IMG/VR virus record: IMGVR_UViG_3300034104_003795
Span: 26,370-90,369 of that record
Origin: a virus
DNA length: 64,000 bases
Strand: one strand, 5' to 3'
The translations under genes and the position numbers were made by a program. Shown piece by piece: positions 63,484 to 64,000 of this stretch (its first letter is position 1; every line of letters begins with the position of its first letter). The notes below the pieces were generated by a model. The model ran no database searches. It had not been told where the DNA came from and was given only the letters and a program-made list of their open reading frames with translations.

Positions 63484-63565
63484 TTGGGGTAGACGGACTC
63501 GAACCGCCGAACTCAAATGAGAGCTGATTTACAGTCAGCCGCAATTGCCACTATGCGATACCCCA
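63484..63565 (-). tRNA. tRNA-Tyr (anticodon GTA)
   Basis: acceptor TGGGGTA/TACCCCA, anticodon stem-loop GCTGA-CTGTAAA-TCAGC, 14-nt variable arm. Confidence 0.8.
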
Positions 63566-63670
63566 ATGGCGTTCCATATAACTCACATTTGATAGCCCTA
63601 TCGTGCTACTCACTCAATCCTACAACAGCTTTCAACTGAGAGATTGTAGGAATGTGTATGGAACATGTTG

Positions 63671-63745
63671 TGGAAGTTACAGGATTCGAACCTATGACCC
63701 TCACGGTGTAAACGTGATGCTCTAAACCAACTGAGCTAAACTTCC
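63671..63745 (-). tRNA. tRNA-Val (anticodon TAC)
   Basis: acceptor GGAAGTT/AACTTCC, anticodon stem-loop TCACG-TTTACAC-CGTGA. Confidence 0.85.
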
Positions 63746-63778
63746 TACTTATCCAATATGTCAAAGAACTTAATCTTG

Positions 63779-63850
63779 CGCTCCCTCTTGGATTCGAACC
63801 AAGGACCAACAGATTAACAGTCTGCTGCGCTACCGCTGCGCCAAAGGAGC
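63779..63850 (-). tRNA. tRNA-Asn (anticodon GTT)
   Basis: acceptor GCTCCTT/AGGGAGC, anticodon stem-loop GCAGA-CTGTTAA-TCTGT. Confidence 0.85.
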
Positions 63851-63851
63851 T

Positions 63852-63892
63852 TAAAACGAAAAAACCTCTAACCGATTTTATTCAGTTAGAGG
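63852..63892 (-). terminator. rho-independent terminator (minus strand), upstream boundary of tRNA island
   Basis: CCTCTAAC...GTTAGAGG 8-bp stem; + side A-run (T-run on minus strand). Confidence 0.6.
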
Positions 63893-64000
63893 TCTTTCTA
63901 TTTAAGTTAAGTTATGTAATTACCCAACATCAGTGTCCTCTAACTGCTTCGTACTAATATAATCCACCTTGCCTAAATTTAAGTTTGCCGGATTACTTAA

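Noticed and set aside
63606-63809. 67-aa ORF across the nested stem-loop and tRNA-Val
   Set aside because: Overlaps tRNA-Val; the region is better explained as structured RNA.
1-64000. CRISPR array
   Set aside because: The recurring motifs (TTGAT..ATCAA palindromes, MLTIENI 5' ends) are not regularly spaced identical repeats with unique spacers; no CRISPR found.
1-64000. Prophage integration signals (integrase, attL/attR, host genes)
   Set aside because: No tyrosine or serine recombinase motif and no obvious flanking host housekeeping genes. The TonB-dependent-receptor-like gene shares the phage regulatory motifs, so the window is treated as phage DNA throughout. A host-junction origin for the first 6 kb cannot be fully excluded.

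Overview
This window reads as a stretch from a large, visibly AT-rich double-stranded DNA phage. GC content is judged by eye, not computed. No integrase, att site, capsid, tail or terminase gene is recognisable, so the window appears to cover non-structural early/auxiliary and tRNA regions rather than structural modules.

The host is probably a member of Bacteroidetes/Flavobacteriia. This is inferred from recurrent -33 TTTG / -7 TAnnTTTG promoter-like motifs and from a SusC/TonB-dependent-receptor-like outer-membrane protein with a Bacteroidetes-style signal peptide.

Almost every gene lies on the minus strand in tightly packed, often overlapping operons. The only plus-strand block is 2380-7496, and it ends in a bidirectional terminator.

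Recognisable products:
- SF2 helicase, ATP-dependent DNA ligase, metallophosphoesterase and a GIY-YIG endonuclease.
- Adenine phosphoribosyltransferase, purine nucleoside phosphorylase and MTA/SAH nucleosidase.
- GroES, cyclophilin, 2OG-Fe(II) oxygenase, SPFH/band-7 protein and a flavodoxin-like quinone reductase.
- A family-2 glycosyltransferase, a cytidylyltransferase, a SET-domain protein and a flavin-dependent (Trp-halogenase family) halogenase.
- A 3D-domain cell-wall-hydrolase-like protein.
- Five small HExxH metallopeptidase-like proteins.
- A large nuclease-like protein with distant resemblance to GmrSD/DUF262-DUF1524 enzymes.

The 3' ~5 kb (58.8-63.9 kb) is a minus-strand island of about 25 tRNA genes that together decode all 20 amino acids.

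The most unusual content:
1. Two tandem arrays, about 20 copies in total, of a ~100-aa paralogous family with a near-invariant N-terminus MLTIENI (10975-14487 and 23830-27337).
2. An operon (52826-59470) combining a flavin-dependent halogenase with SET-domain, glycosyltransferase-like, cytidylyltransferase and nucleoside-salvage enzymes.
3. A phage-borne full-length TonB-dependent-receptor-like outer-membrane protein.
4. Recurrent intergenic palindromes of the form TTGAT(N)ATCAA / TCATTGAAAATCAATGA, and an AACCCCTT box placed 4-15 nt upstream of many start codons.
5. Two long non-coding regions carrying perfect DnaA boxes, which are candidate replication origins.

All calls rest on motif reading by eye. 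No database searches were run.
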